64,000 nt of DNA from an uncultured Dehalococcoidia bacterium (GCA_964439905.1 CAYTPK010000017.1:72039-136038); one strand, 5' to 3'; positions 18,059-29,300 are shown, counted from the stretch's first letter. Notes: generated from the letters alone by a model not told the origin. Numbers and translations: made by a program.

Positions 18059-18754
18059 ATGCGTTTTGGCATTCTAGTTTTTCCTGGAACTTGGAGTGAC
18101 ACCGATTGTCATCACGCTCTCGGTACAATTGTAAAAGAAGAGGCGTTTTATATTTGGCATAAAGATGCTGATTTGTCAGATGCCGACTGTATAGTGATCC
18201 CCGGAGGATTCTCCTATGGTGACTACCTACGTTGTGGGGCTATAGCGAGATTTTCTCCTGTTATGGATGCTGTACGCGAATTTGCTGGGAAGGGTGGCCT
18301 GGTAATTGGCATATGTAACGGATTTCAAATCCTCTGCGAAGCGGGACTGTTACCTGGTGTTTTGATGCGAAATGAAACTCTTGAATTTAGGTGTCAGGAC
18401 GTCAATCTAAAAGTAGAGAATGCTGCCACCCCCTTTAGTATGTGTTGTAAACAAGACCAGGTAATTACGATACCAATATCCCATGGAGAAGGTAATTATT
18501 ACGCAGACCAACCCACGTTAGATCGTTTGGAAAATCAAGGTAGAGTAGTTTTTAGATATACTGATTCCAGAGGAGTCCCCACTCCAGCATCGAATCCTAA
18601 TGGATCATCTAGAAATATAGCGGGTATAGTCAACAAGAATGGTAATGTTTTAGGAATGATGCCGCACCCTGAACGGGCTGTGGAGTCACTCTTGGGTGGA
18701 GATGATGGAATTTACCTATTCGAATCCATAGTGACGTTTCTTAAGAACCGCTAA
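18059..18754 (+). CDS. purQ: Phosphoribosylformylglycinamidine synthase, glutaminase subunit
   Basis: 231 aa. '[11 protein letters not shown]', catalytic 'ICNGFQIL', 'MMPHPER'. Confidence 0.93.
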   Translation: MRFGILVFPGTWSDTDCHHALGTIVKEEAFYIWHKDADLSDADCIVIPGGFSYGDYLRCGAIARFSPVMDAVREFAGKGGLVIGICNGFQILCEAGLLPGVLMRNETLEFRCQDVNLKVENAATPFSMCCKQDQVITIPISHGEGNYYADQPTLDRLENQGRVVFRYTDSRGVPTPASNPNGSSRNIAGIVNKNGNVLGMMPHPERAVESLLGGDDGIYLFESIVTFLKNR

Positions 18755-19195
18755 ATGAGCGGCGGAATTATATTAGCGTGTTTAGCCCTATGTGGGTTTG
18801 GGTGCTCCACAATTCTTGTTAGGATTGGACTTCAAAAGGTAGGTTCTAAGATGGCTGCCACCATTTCGATTACAAGCAGCTGCTTATTATTGTTCGTATT
18901 AGTTATGATTTTTTCCCCAAAAGAGTTGGCATCCGTTGAACCGGTAGGACTTGTTTGGGCACTGGCTTATGGAATGGTTACTTTTTCTTTTGCGCGAGTT
19001 ATTCTCTATACGGCTTTTGGTCTGGCTGGAGCTACTAGAGTAGCCCCAATCGTATCCGTGATGCCCATATTCGCGGCCATTTTCGCTATGATCGTACTGG
19101 GTGAAAAACCTAACCTTTTAATCATTACGGGAATTTGCTTAAGTGTTTTGGGAATGATTCTTATACTAGGCGATAGGAATACCAATGTGGAATAA
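18755..19195 (+). CDS. Half-size EamA-domain (DMT superfamily) membrane protein
   Basis: 146 aa, about 4-5 TM segments. Ends with the EamA-like 'FAAIFAMIVLGEKPN....GI.L.V.G'. Starts directly after the purQ stop. Confidence 0.6.
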   Translation: MSGGIILACLALCGFGCSTILVRIGLQKVGSKMAATISITSSCLLLFVLVMIFSPKELASVEPVGLVWALAYGMVTFSFARVILYTAFGLAGATRVAPIVSVMPIFAAIFAMIVLGEKPNLLIITGICLSVLGMILILGDRNTNVE

Positions 19196-19655
19196 CGTTG
19201 GTCGAGATAGAAAGTTTCTATTAGGCGCTGGTTTAGCTTTTTTTGCGGCTATGCTCTACGGTATCAGTCAGGTCATAGCCAAAAAAGGTGTGACGGAACA
19301 CGGAGTACCTCCAATTGTGTTCCTTTTTGTAGCTCTTTTTTTTGCCACATTTTTGATGTTTATCACAGGATGGAGCGGAATTAAATCCATTAAATACCTG
19401 CCTCGTAGGGAAGTAATACTATTGGGGTGTGCGGGTTTAACTTCTGGTCTCTCTGTTACACTGTTAGTAAGCGCTCTTGATAGAGCTCCTGTAGTGGTGG
19501 TGACTCCGATAGTAGCGCTTAATCCAATAGTGAGTTTAACCCTTATTTATTTTTTCTTACGGCGCCTGGAAAAAGTCACCAAGAGGGTGGCATTGGGGAC
19601 TGTTATAGCATTGGGTGGAGCAATATTTGTGATTATAGGTAGTACAAAACTATGA
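19185..19655 (+). CDS. Half-size EamA-domain (DMT superfamily) membrane protein
   Basis: 156 aa, about 5 TM segments. Overlaps the preceding half-gene by 11 nt and purL by 4 nt (ATGA). Confidence 0.6.
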   Translation: MWNNVGRDRKFLLGAGLAFFAAMLYGISQVIAKKGVTEHGVPPIVFLFVALFFATFLMFITGWSGIKSIKYLPRREVILLGCAGLTSGLSVTLLVSALDRAPVVVVTPIVALNPIVSLTLIYFFLRRLEKVTKRVALGTVIALGGAIFVIIGSTKL

Positions 19656-21868
19656 ATTCCATATCTAAAACTATACTTGATGAAATAGCGCTTAGCAGGG
19701 AAGAGTATGATCTTATTACAGATCGATTAGGGCGTGAGCCTAATCCACTTGAACTTGGAATGTTTGGAGCCCTTTGGAGTGAACATTGTGGATATAAGCA
19801 TTCTAAACCACTACTAAAACTTTTTCCGTCCACGAGCCCCAAAGTTTTATTTCCTCCTGGGTCCGAAAACGCTGGTGCTATTGATATTGGAGATGGCCTA
19901 GCCGTAGTTTTTAAAATAGAATCTCATAATCATCCTTCCGCAATCGAACCTTTACAGGGGGCGGCTACGGGGGTTGGCGGCATAGTGCGAGATATATTGG
20001 CTATGGGTGCAAGGCCGATAGCATTACTAAATTCGTTAAGATTCGGTCCATTAGCAGAGTTGAATAATAGACATTTGGTTAAGGGAGTGGTGAGTGGCAT
20101 CTCGTGGTACGGTAATTGTATAGGGGTTCCGGATGTTGGTGGAGAGATCTTCTTTTCTGAAAGCTATTCGGGTAATCCCATAGTTAATGCCCTTTGTGTT
20201 GGTTTGGTTGAGAAGGAAAAATTGATTAGAGCTACAGTTGGAGAACCGGGTAATTTGTTGTTATTGATTGGATCAGAGACTGGTCGTGATGGTATTCATG
20301 GGGCGTCTGGGCTTGCTTCTAGAACGTTCGAAGATGAAAGAGAAATGAGGCCAGCCGTACAAGTGGGGAATCCATTTTTAGAGAAAGTTCTGATTGAAGC
20401 TTGCTTGGAAGTAGTTGACTTTGACGGTTTGATTGGAATGCAGGATCTGGGAGCGGCAGGTTTAACGAGCTCTACGGTTGAATGCGCAGAGAAAGGGGGA
20501 AACGGTATCGTTATTGATGTTAGCAAGATCTCCCGTCGAGAACAGGGTATGACACCATACGAGATCATGTTGTCAGAATCGCAGGAACGGATGTTGTTAA
20601 TAGTGAAACCAGGAGAAAAGGATAGGCTTAACGAGATGCTTGCGAAATGGAATTTATCTTCTATGGAAATTGGATATGTAATACCAGAGAACAACGTAGA
20701 AGTTTACGACGGCGAGAAAAAGGAAGCATCACTACCAGTTGAAATTCTTACTCACCCAAAGCTTTATCGACTAAAAGGAAAACTGTCAGAAAAATCCATA
20801 GAATTAAGAAAATTTCCTTTATCTGAAGTCAAACTATTAGATATTAGTATAAATCAAATACTTTTATCTTTATTGAAGTCTCCTAATATTGCCAGTAAAG
20901 CCATGATTTACCGGCAATATGACCATCAGGTACAGACCAATACTGTACAAAAGCCTGGGGCGAGTGACGCTGCCTTGATTCGCATAAAGGGCACCCAAAG
21001 AGCCTTGGCTTTGAGCACTGATGGAAATAGTAGATTTTGCTATCTTGATCCCTACCATGGCGGGATGATAGCGGTAGCTGAAGCTTGTAGAAACGTTTCG
21101 TGTGTCGGAGCGCTGCCCGTAGCTCTGACTGACTGCCTGAATTTTGGAAATCCGGAGAACCCTGAGATATATTATCAACTGGAATGGGTCATTCGGGGAA
21201 TATCGAAAGCTTGCAAAGTTTTAGGTATTCCGGTAGTTGGCGGAAACGTTAGTCTTTACAATGAGGCACAGGGTAATCCTATCGACCCTACTCCTGTTAT
21301 TGGCGTTCTTGGCGTTTTAGAAGAATTGTCAAAGGCTACTGATATGGCTTTCAAAAACATTGGAGACTTAGTAGTGATGTTTGGGGATAATCGACTTAGG
21401 GGTCGGGCTCGTGACTTGGCTGGAAGTGAATATATAAAACTGTTTCATGGACTAGTGGTTGGACGTCCGGCAATAGATTTGAATCTGGAAGCGAAAGTAC
21501 AATTGCTGTGTAGAACGGCGATAGATCAAGGACTAATCCAGTCAGCACACGACTGCTCTGAGGGAGGGCTTGCCGTGGCCATAGCCGAATCGTCAATAGC
21601 AAGTGGCCTAGGGTTCCGGTCTAGTGTTGATATAAACGGGAGATATGATGCAGCATTTTTTGGTGAAGCACAGTCACGAATTGTAACTTCTATTAAACCT
21701 CAAAACTTGGAATCAATCCGGTGCATGGCGAGAGATCTGGAGGTTCCCATCATAGAATTAGGGTGTGTTGATGAGTCTTATTTTCGATTTGGGGATATAG
21801 ATATTCCAGTTACTTGTTTGGAAGAGGCGTGGAAACAAGGAATTGGCTGGCCAGAGTTTGGTGGGTAG
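19652..21868 (+). CDS. purL: Phosphoribosylformylglycinamidine synthase, synthetase subunit (small PurL)
   Basis: 738 aa. 'EPNPLELGMFGALWSEHCGYKHS', 'KIESHNHPSAIEP', 'GA.TGVGGI.RD'. Confidence 0.95.
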   Translation: MNSISKTILDEIALSREEYDLITDRLGREPNPLELGMFGALWSEHCGYKHSKPLLKLFPSTSPKVLFPPGSENAGAIDIGDGLAVVFKIESHNHPSAIEPLQGAATGVGGIVRDILAMGARPIALLNSLRFGPLAELNNRHLVKGVVSGISWYGNCIGVPDVGGEIFFSESYSGNPIVNALCVGLVEKEKLIRATVGEPGNLLLLIGSETGRDGIHGASGLASRTFEDEREMRPAVQVGNPFLEKVLIEACLEVVDFDGLIGMQDLGAAGLTSSTVECAEKGGNGIVIDVSKISRREQGMTPYEIMLSESQERMLLIVKPGEKDRLNEMLAKWNLSSMEIGYVIPENNVEVYDGEKKEASLPVEILTHPKLYRLKGKLSEKSIELRKFPLSEVKLLDISINQILLSLLKSPNIASKAMIYRQYDHQVQTNTVQKPGASDAALIRIKGTQRALALSTDGNSRFCYLDPYHGGMIAVAEACRNVSCVGALPVALTDCLNFGNPENPEIYYQLEWVIRGISKACKVLGIPVVGGNVSLYNEAQGNPIDPTPVIGVLGVLEELSKATDMAFKNIGDLVVMFGDNRLRGRARDLAGSEYIKLFHGLVVGRPAIDLNLEAKVQLLCRTAIDQGLIQSAHDCSEGGLAVAIAESSIASGLGFRSSVDINGRYDAAFFGEAQSRIVTSIKPQNLESIRCMARDLEVPIIELGCVDESYFRFGDIDIPVTCLEEAWKQGIGWPEFGG

Positions 21869-21870
21869 AT

Positions 21871-22473
21871 ATGAAAATTTGTGAAAGCTGCGGTACCAGT
21901 AACAATGAATCATATGAGAATTGTGATTCATGTGATCACCCGCTCTATTCTGGTGAGGTAATATATTGCCTGAAGTGTGAGCATCCGAGTCCATCAGAAG
22001 CTCTTTATTGTAATGAATGTGGCAAATTATTTGATGAGCCTGTTTCGACAAAACAAGAGTATGATGAACCTGAGGCCAAGAAAACCATAAACTATATGGG
22101 GTTTTGGGTCCGATTGGGCGCCTATTCGGTTGACGTCCTAATATTTTTGAGCTTGTCCTTTGCTATTTTCCCGACCATCGGCATTCAATCAAATGAGTTG
22201 AATACAAACCTGTTTGTTACCATAGCTGGTGGTATTTACAGGTCAGTTTTTACCGGATTATTGGGACAAACCATTGGAAAGATGTTGTTCAGAATTAGAG
22301 TCGTTAACCTTGATGGTACTCAACCGAGTTTGAAGACGGCGTTTTTGAGAGAAATCCCCTGTAAAATCCTGGCTGAATTCCTATTATTTATTGGTTTTAT
22401 ATGGGTAGCGTTTGATCGTAAAAAGCAAGGTTTGCACGACAAAATTGCAGGCACACATGTGATCAGAGGCTAG
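21871..22473 (+). CDS. Zinc-ribbon + RDD-domain membrane protein
   Basis: The ATG at 21871 ('MKICESCGTSN..CDSC....CLKCEHP....CNECG') lies 2 nt after the purL stop. C-terminal RDD-like TM domain ending 'FDRKKQGLHDKIAGTHV'. Confidence 0.65.
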   Translation: MKICESCGTSNNESYENCDSCDHPLYSGEVIYCLKCEHPSPSEALYCNECGKLFDEPVSTKQEYDEPEAKKTINYMGFWVRLGAYSVDVLIFLSLSFAIFPTIGIQSNELNTNLFVTIAGGIYRSVFTGLLGQTIGKMLFRIRVVNLDGTQPSLKTAFLREIPCKILAEFLLFIGFIWVAFDRKKQGLHDKIAGTHVIRG

Positions 22474-22618
22474 GGTTTACGTTGGTAGACCGGAGTTTTC
22501 GAGAAAAGATTTCTGGTTCCAAGGTGAATCAAAAGCATCCTAGGACTGCATGGATCGAATGTGCCAATCGGTGTTTTATATCGAATGATTATACTGCTTA
22601 AATATTTTCTGTAATCAG

Positions 22619-22647
22619 TTGGTCCGTCATCCAATTGTGTTTATAAT
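22619..22647 (+). promoter_or_regulatory. Candidate promoter for ppdK (TTGGTC-17 nt-TATAAT)
   Basis: TTGGTC at 22619-22624 and TATAAT at 22642-22647, about 70 nt upstream of the ATG. Confidence 0.4.
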
Positions 22648-22716
22648 AGGCGGGTGTGTTATCTTTAATGAGCCCTTCATTTAGGCTAAATCTTTTGGGG
22701 AGAGACCTGATGCACA

Positions 22717-25503
22717 ATGGTTGAAACTAAAGGTTCTATAGCGGCGAACAAATATATCTTTCGCTTCAGTGAAGGAAAGGCTGGGATGGAAGATATCTTG
22801 GGTGGTAAGGGTGCCAATCTGTCCGAAATGGTAAATCTTGGATTACCGGTTCCTCCTGGTTTTATAGTTAGTACTGAGGCTTGTCTTAAATACTACTCTT
22901 TAGAAAAAAAGATGCCATCTGGGCTGTGGGATGATATTTTGAAACATGTGGGGTATCTTGAAAAAGATGTAGGTAAGGGCTTTGGTGATTCCCAGAACCC
23001 GCTTTTACTTTCCGTAAGATCTGGTGCTCGAGTATCGATGCCAGGAATGATGGACACAATTCTGAATCTTGGGATTAACGAAGAGAATGTAGAAGGCTTG
23101 GCTAAGGTTATGGGAGATCGTCGTCCCGCTTTAGATGCATATAGAAGATTCCTCCAAATTTTTGGAAACGTGGCCATGAATGTTCCGTTAAAATATTTTG
23201 AGGAGTTTCTCGAGAATACCAAGCTTTCGGCTGGGGTTCGTATGGATCATCAGCTTGACCAGAATCACCTGGAATCTGTGATATTAGGATATAAGGGTAT
23301 TATTGAGTCATATGCTGGAAGGCCAGTTCCCAGCAAAGCCACGGATCAGTTGAAACAAGCTGTTTTAGCGGTGTTCGGGAGTTGGAATAACCCTAGAGCG
23401 ATTGAATATCGCAACCACATGGGATTTTCCCATGACTTAGGCACAGCTGTGAATGTTATGGTTATGGTATTTGGAAATACTGGACCTGATAGTGGTACCG
23501 GGGTCCTTTTTACTAGGGATCCAGCTTCGGGTACTCCTGCCATCTATGGGGAATATTTACCCAATGCTCAAGGAGAAGATGTGGTAGCTGGGCTAAGAAC
23601 CCCGTCTCCAGTCTCAAGTTTGTCCATTACTAAACCATTCTTATACACGAAGTTGGAATCTCTGGCGCAACTATTGGAAACGCACTACAAGGATGTCCAG
23701 GATGTGGAATTTACTATAGAGAACGAGAGACTTTTCCTATTACAAACTCGTAGTGCGCAAAGGACGACTTTGGCTGCTATCAGAATTGCTGTGGATTTAG
23801 TATCAGAAGGTATCATAACAAAAGATGAGGCACTTTTAAGAATTGACCCAGAGGATTTAACAAAGTTATTTATGCCTAGGTTTAGCGTTAAGTCTAGAAA
23901 CCATGCAGTGACGATGGATCGGCTATTAACCAAAGGATCACCTGCCTCTCCAGGAGCGGCTACAGGCGAGGTTTGTTTTGAGGCAGTCGAAGCGTCTAAG
24001 GCTGCACAATTGGGGAAAGATGTCATTTTGGTTAGGCCTGAAACTAGTCCTGATGACATAGGCGGCGTTTTGGTATCTAAAGGTGTTCTTACTAGCAGGG
24101 GAGGTACAACTAGCCATGCTGCTGTTGTGACCAGAGGATTAGGCAAACCTTGCATAGTCGGGGCCGAACAATTGGAGTTTGATAAATCAGGCGGATATTT
24201 TTCTGTGAATGGTCAGATTGTGAAAAAAGGCGAGACCATTAGTATGGATGGTACAACGGGAGAGGTATTCTTAGGGAAGATAGAAACGGTGGATCCTGAC
24301 CTTGAGGATCTTGGGGAAGCTGAGCTATTGTTGTCTTGGGCCGATGATCGTAGGGAACTTGGTGTATGGGCAAATGCAGACACTCGCGACGACGCAAGTA
24401 AGGCATTGGACATGGGTGCAGAAGGGATCGGTCTTTGTCGGACAGAACATATGTTTCTTGGTTCTGAGCGTGTAAATGTAGTACAGCAAGTTTTATTGAA
24501 TGCTGCAGAAACTGACAAGTGGCAGCTCGAACATCCGGATATATCATTGACATACGTTAAAGGATCAATGCCACCTGATCTTCCAGCAAGTGTGCGCATA
24601 TTCTGTTCTGGCCTGGCTGAACTCGAAGCTTTGCAAGTAGCAGATTTTGAAAACATTTTGCGGGTAATGGAAGGGCGACCTGTCATCATTCGACTTATGG
24701 ATGCCCCGTTGCATGAATTTCTTCCCAACTACGAAAAACTTGTGGAGGAAATTGCAGAGTTAAGGGCGACTAAGGGATCCTCCGACATATTGAAGGAAAG
24801 GGAGAGTCTTTTAGATCTTCTTGAAAGATCCAGAGAATCCAACCCGATGTTGGGACACCGGGGTTGCAGGCTCGGAATTACATTCCCATCAATCTACGAG
24901 ATGCAAGTGAAGGCGATAATAACGGCTTGTTGTAAGCTATTGGATGAACGCATCAAAGTTTCCCCCGAGATCATGATCCCTCTGACATCACATGTAAACG
25001 AATTTGGTATCCTTAAAAATATGCTTACCAAGGTTGCTGATAAGGTCCAAGAAGAAAATGGTCATAAATTCAGTTATAAATTTGGCACCATGATTGAGGT
25101 TCCTAGGGCCGCGCTAACAGCCGATGCCATAGGAGAATTGGCCGATTTCTTTAGTTTTGGTACTAATGATCTAACTCAGACCACATTCGGATATAGCCGC
25201 GATGACGCTGAAGGTAAGTTCTTAAGACATTACGTAGATAAGGGTATTCTAGCAAATGACCCATTTGTATCTTTGGATACGGATGGTGTTGGTCAGTTGA
25301 TTTCTATGGGCGTTGTAAAGGGGCGACAGGCTAGGACAAATATGGAGATAGGTATTTGTGGGGAGCACGGCGGAGATCCGAAAAGCATATTGTTTTGCCA
25401 TGAAATTGGGCTAGACTACGTGAGTTCTTCACCATTTAGAGTGCCTGTCGCAAGATTAGCGGCCGCACAGGCTGCCATAAATACTATTAGATACATTGGT
25501 TAG
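22717..25503 (+). CDS. ppdK: Pyruvate, phosphate dikinase
   Basis: 928 aa. 'LGGKGANLSEM', phospho-His loop 'RGGTTSHAAVVTRGLGKPCIVG', C-terminal PEP-utilising 'FFSFGTNDLTQ', 'ICGEHGGDP'. Confidence 0.95.
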   Translation: MVETKGSIAANKYIFRFSEGKAGMEDILGGKGANLSEMVNLGLPVPPGFIVSTEACLKYYSLEKKMPSGLWDDILKHVGYLEKDVGKGFGDSQNPLLLSVRSGARVSMPGMMDTILNLGINEENVEGLAKVMGDRRPALDAYRRFLQIFGNVAMNVPLKYFEEFLENTKLSAGVRMDHQLDQNHLESVILGYKGIIESYAGRPVPSKATDQLKQAVLAVFGSWNNPRAIEYRNHMGFSHDLGTAVNVMVMVFGNTGPDSGTGVLFTRDPASGTPAIYGEYLPNAQGEDVVAGLRTPSPVSSLSITKPFLYTKLESLAQLLETHYKDVQDVEFTIENERLFLLQTRSAQRTTLAAIRIAVDLVSEGIITKDEALLRIDPEDLTKLFMPRFSVKSRNHAVTMDRLLTKGSPASPGAATGEVCFEAVEASKAAQLGKDVILVRPETSPDDIGGVLVSKGVLTSRGGTTSHAAVVTRGLGKPCIVGAEQLEFDKSGGYFSVNGQIVKKGETISMDGTTGEVFLGKIETVDPDLEDLGEAELLLSWADDRRELGVWANADTRDDASKALDMGAEGIGLCRTEHMFLGSERVNVVQQVLLNAAETDKWQLEHPDISLTYVKGSMPPDLPASVRIFCSGLAELEALQVADFENILRVMEGRPVIIRLMDAPLHEFLPNYEKLVEEIAELRATKGSSDILKERESLLDLLERSRESNPMLGHRGCRLGITFPSIYEMQVKAIITACCKLLDERIKVSPEIMIPLTSHVNEFGILKNMLTKVADKVQEENGHKFSYKFGTMIEVPRAALTADAIGELADFFSFGTNDLTQTTFGYSRDDAEGKFLRHYVDKGILANDPFVSLDTDGVGQLISMGVVKGRQARTNMEIGICGEHGGDPKSILFCHEIGLDYVSSSPFRVPVARLAAAQAAINTIRYIG

Positions 25504-25525
25504 TGGTATGCGATATGGACTGATC

Positions 25526-26041
25526 TTAGTCATCATAAAGAGCACAATTCGATCGAATGTTGTTGGGTAACGGTTGTGTTGGAGTTTTAGTGGTTGTTTC
25601 TGATGCCTTGCGGATTTCCTCAGAGATCATATAAAAGTCAGACTTAGAGATGAGGTGCAAGCTGCCTTCAAATGCCATGAACCACATCTCAGGAACCCAT
25701 CGTTTTACATAATCCATGCGGGGTGCGATGTGGGAAGCGTCCAAGTATTGTGTTGGTTCTAGAACCAGATCAGGTTTAATCCCAATGCGATAAGGGAAAT
25801 TGCTTTCTCCTTCTTTCTCCCAAATAGGTGAGGCATCTTCGAAAAATGGCTTTTCAACCGTGGCAGTTAAGCTGAAGACTCTTAGATGTGTGATGTAGAG
25901 AAGTAGTTGGTCTCCATTTTCTATACGCTGTACTTTCCGTTTGTGTTGGGCACGTAGGCCAAGGAGGTCAAATTTTCTACTTTTGGCTATCTGGAAGTTG
26001 TCTGGGTTTGTTGTTACTATCCAATAGCTTTTTGGCATCAA
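25526..26041 (-). CDS. PUA-like EVE/UPF0310-type domain protein
   Basis: 171 aa. 'YWIVTTNPDNFQIAK.....LGL........V..I..GD.LLLY' and 'FED.SPIW.......FPYRIGIKP' resemble archaeal UPF0310/EVE proteins. From memory. Confidence 0.5.
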   Translation of the reverse strand: MMPKSYWIVTTNPDNFQIAKSRKFDLLGLRAQHKRKVQRIENGDQLLLYITHLRVFSLTATVEKPFFEDASPIWEKEGESNFPYRIGIKPDLVLEPTQYLDASHIAPRMDYVKRWVPEMWFMAFEGSLHLISKSDFYMISEEIRKASETTTKTPTQPLPNNIRSNCALYDD

Positions 26042-26160
26042 GGTTCCTATAGACCTGGAAGTCGGACCACATCATTATCACACAGACCTAATCTTAATAC
26101 CAAATTGCGACATAGTTGGCTTCAAAATCGATTTGTGCAACTAGATGATGTGGAAAATTC

Positions 26161-26189
26161 TTGCGTGCTATTAGTCCCTTAGATAGAAT
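26161..26189 (+). promoter_or_regulatory. Candidate promoter for metH (TTGCGT-17 nt-TAGAAT)
   Basis: Pattern match only. It would give a leader of about 105 nt containing a 7-bp hairpin GCTATCC...GGATAGC. Confidence 0.3.
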
Positions 26190-26300
26190 GCGACGGCAAG
26201 CTATCCTCATATGAAATATATATGGATAGCCTAAATGTTAATAATAACGATTCATATATCAAATGCATAGATTGGTAACCAATATACGGTCTGTCTAAAA

Positions 26301-29300
26301 ATGAACTTGTCAAAACGGATAAATAAATTAAAGGAGCTTCTTGAACAAAGGATTGTCATTGTCGATGGGGCGATGGGGACTGCTATTCAGAACTTAGCAT
26401 TATCGGCAAAAGATTTTGATGGAGAGGAATATGAAGGCTGTAATGAGATTTTGAATCTTGTTAATCCTGGACTTATTTCTGGAATTCATCAGGCTCATTT
26501 ACAGGAACTACCAGATATAATTGAGACTAACTCATTTGGCAGTACTCCATTAGTTTTAAATGAATTTGGATTGGGGACACAGGCATATGATATCAGTAGG
26601 GCGGCTGCGAGAATCGCCAGAGATGCGACTTCCGAATTCGAAACGCCAGAAAAGACCATTTTTGTGGCAGGTTCAATGGGTCCCACGACTCGTGCTATAT
26701 CTGTTACTGGTGGTATCACTTGGGATGAATTAATAAAGCATTATCACGTACAAGCGATGGGCCTTATAGATGGGGGGGCTGACTTTCTGCTTCTAGAAAC
26801 CGCACAAGATACACTTAATGTGAAAGCGGGCCTCGCTGCTATAGATCAATTGAGCATGGAAATGGATAGGATAATTCCGGTGGCTGTCCAAAGCACTATT
26901 GAGATTATGGGTACTATGCTTGGTGGGCAGGATATCGAAGGCTTCTATAATTCTTTGGCACATAGAGATCTATTATGGATTGGCATAAATTGTTCGACTG
27001 GGCCAAGTTTTATGAGAGATCACGTCCGCACACTTTCGCAGATCTCCCGATTTCCGATAGCGGTTATTCCAAATGCTGGACTCCCTGACGAAGACGGTAA
27101 TTATAACGAAACTCCGGAATCTCTGTCCTCCACACTCGAGGGTTTTATTGATGAGGGCTGGGTTAATGTATTAGGGGGATGTTGTGGTACTACCCCAGAC
27201 CACATAAAGCAAATCCGCAGGATGGCGCAAAAAAGGATAGTTAGAGTCCCGGTCCTTCGAAATGACACATTTGTTTCAGGTCTAGAACCTTTTGTCATAG
27301 ACGACGATACACGGCCAGTCTTGGTTGGTGAAAGAACTAATGTTTTGGGTAGTAGAAAATTCAAGAAGCTTGTAGCAGAGGAAAACTGGGAAGCAGGTGT
27401 AGAGATAGGTCGGAAGCAAGTGCGTGACGGGGCTCAGATTTTGGACATTTGTCTTCAGGATCCTGATCGGGACGAGACTAGAGATGTCAGTACATTCCTG
27501 GAATTTTTAAACGGTAGAGTAAAAGTTCCGCTCATGTTGGATTCGACGGACTCCGTTGTGTTAAAAGAAGCTTTAAAACGTACTCCGGGGAAATCGATCA
27601 TAAATTCCATAAACTTGGAAGATGGAGAAGATCGGCTAAGGATTATCGTGCCTCTAATTAAAGAGTTTGGGGCTGCGGTTGTGGTTGGATGTATAGACGA
27701 TGACCGTGTTCAGGGTCAAGCTGTTACTAAAGAAAGAAAATTATCGATAGCTAAAAGAGTTTTCAAATTGCTTACTGAGAAATATGGTATTGCTTCTCAG
27801 GATATTATATTTGACCCTTTGGTCTTTCCTATAGCTACGGGAGATTCTAACTATATTGGATCAGGGCTTGAAACTATTGAAGGTGTTCGTTTAATAAAAA
27901 AAGCGTTTCCTACTGCTAAAACCATTTTGGGGATATCCAATGTATCCTTTGGTTTACCTATGGCAGGGAGGGAAGTTTTGAACTCGGTCTTCTTCTACCA
28001 TTGCGTCAAGGCTGGTCTAGATATGGCTATCGTAAATTCCCAACAACTCCGACGCTACGCATCTATTCCACAAGATGAAAAAAAACTTGCCGAAGATTTG
28101 ATCTGGTCACGTGGGGTAAACCCTATAGCGGCTTTTGCTGACCATTTCAGAGACATACGTCCAACCAAAACCGATGAAACTAGAAAAACTTTACCTCTTA
28201 ACGAACGTATAAGCAGTTGTATTGTCGATGGAACTAAAGAAGGCCTTTTTCAAGATTTGGATGAAGCTTTGACTGGTTCTACCCCTTTGGAAATTGTAAA
28301 TGGCCCTCTTATGGATGGCATGGATGAGGTAGGGCGACTCTTTGGCCAAAATGAGTTGATCGTTGCTGAAGTCCTAAGTTCCGCCGAGGCTATGAAGGCA
28401 GCTGTATCCTACCTGGAACCTCATATGGATAAAGATGCCACTGTTAACAAAGGCAAGATGTTGTTGGCTACAGTCAAAGGGGATGTACATGATATTGGGA
28501 AAAATTTGGTCGATATTATATTTACTAACAACGGTTTTACAGTGATTAACTTAGGGATCAAAGTTCCACCCAGAGAGCTAATAGATGCGTTTCATAAACA
28601 TAAGCCTGATGTTATTGGACTTTCGGGGCTTTTGGTAAAGTCTGCCCGGATGATGGTGGAGACTGCTCACGAACTTAAAGAAGCTAGTATAGAAATACCA
28701 ATTATTGTCGGAGGTGCAGCGCTTACCAATCGGTTTACACGTCTCAGGATAGCCCCGGAATATCCCGGGTTAGTTGTTTATGCTGGCGATGCTATGAGCG
28801 GACTAGCTTCAATGAACATCCTCAGAGATCCAACCAAACTGGAAAACCTGAAATCTAAACTGCATTTAGAGACAGATCAAATAGTTGCTGCCGACCAATC
28901 CAGACTATCCGATCATAGAACAAGCGGCAGGGCTAAAACCCCAGGTACAGTAGTCGAAACATTGCAAGAAGTTCCGATTCCGCCGGATTTAAAATTGCAT
29001 ACAATAAATGACTTCGACCTATCCGAGATCTTTAAATATATTAATCCGGTAATGTTATATGTTAGGCATCTAGGGTACAGAGGCAAATTTGAACACGCCC
29101 TAAAAAATGGCGAAAGAAAGGCCCTTGAACTTCGATCTAAGGTCCGGGAGATCGAGGATGTGATGTTGAGTAGGTCGGATATCAAAGCCAAGGCTGTGTA
29201 TAAGTTTTTCAGAGCGGCATCAGTAGAGAACGATCTTTTGATCTTGTCTCCTAATGGACAAGAAGTTTTGTCCAGATTTCGATTCGGCCGACAACAGGAA

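Noticed and set aside
22668-22723. 18-codon uORF (MSPSFRLNLLGRDLMHNG) ending across the ppdK start codon.
   Set aside because: It has no SD of its own and no recognisable regulatory logic, so it is probably fortuitous.
23685-24728. Long antisense ORFs inside ppdK (23685-24155 and 24213-24728). Similar cases lie inside proB (47860-48387), glyA (32756-33232), cca (55110-55559), purL (20296-20694) and hom (36138-36545).
   Set aside because: Each lies entirely within a strongly supported gene on the other strand. They have Ser/Pro/Arg-rich, low-complexity translations and no RBS, which is typical of frame-shadow ORFs.
26042-26300. Searched upstream of metH for a cobalamin riboswitch (B12 box) or SAM/SAH riboswitch.
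   Set aside because: I found no B12-box-like or SAM-I/II core sequence, only a 7-bp stem with an AT-rich 17-nt loop.
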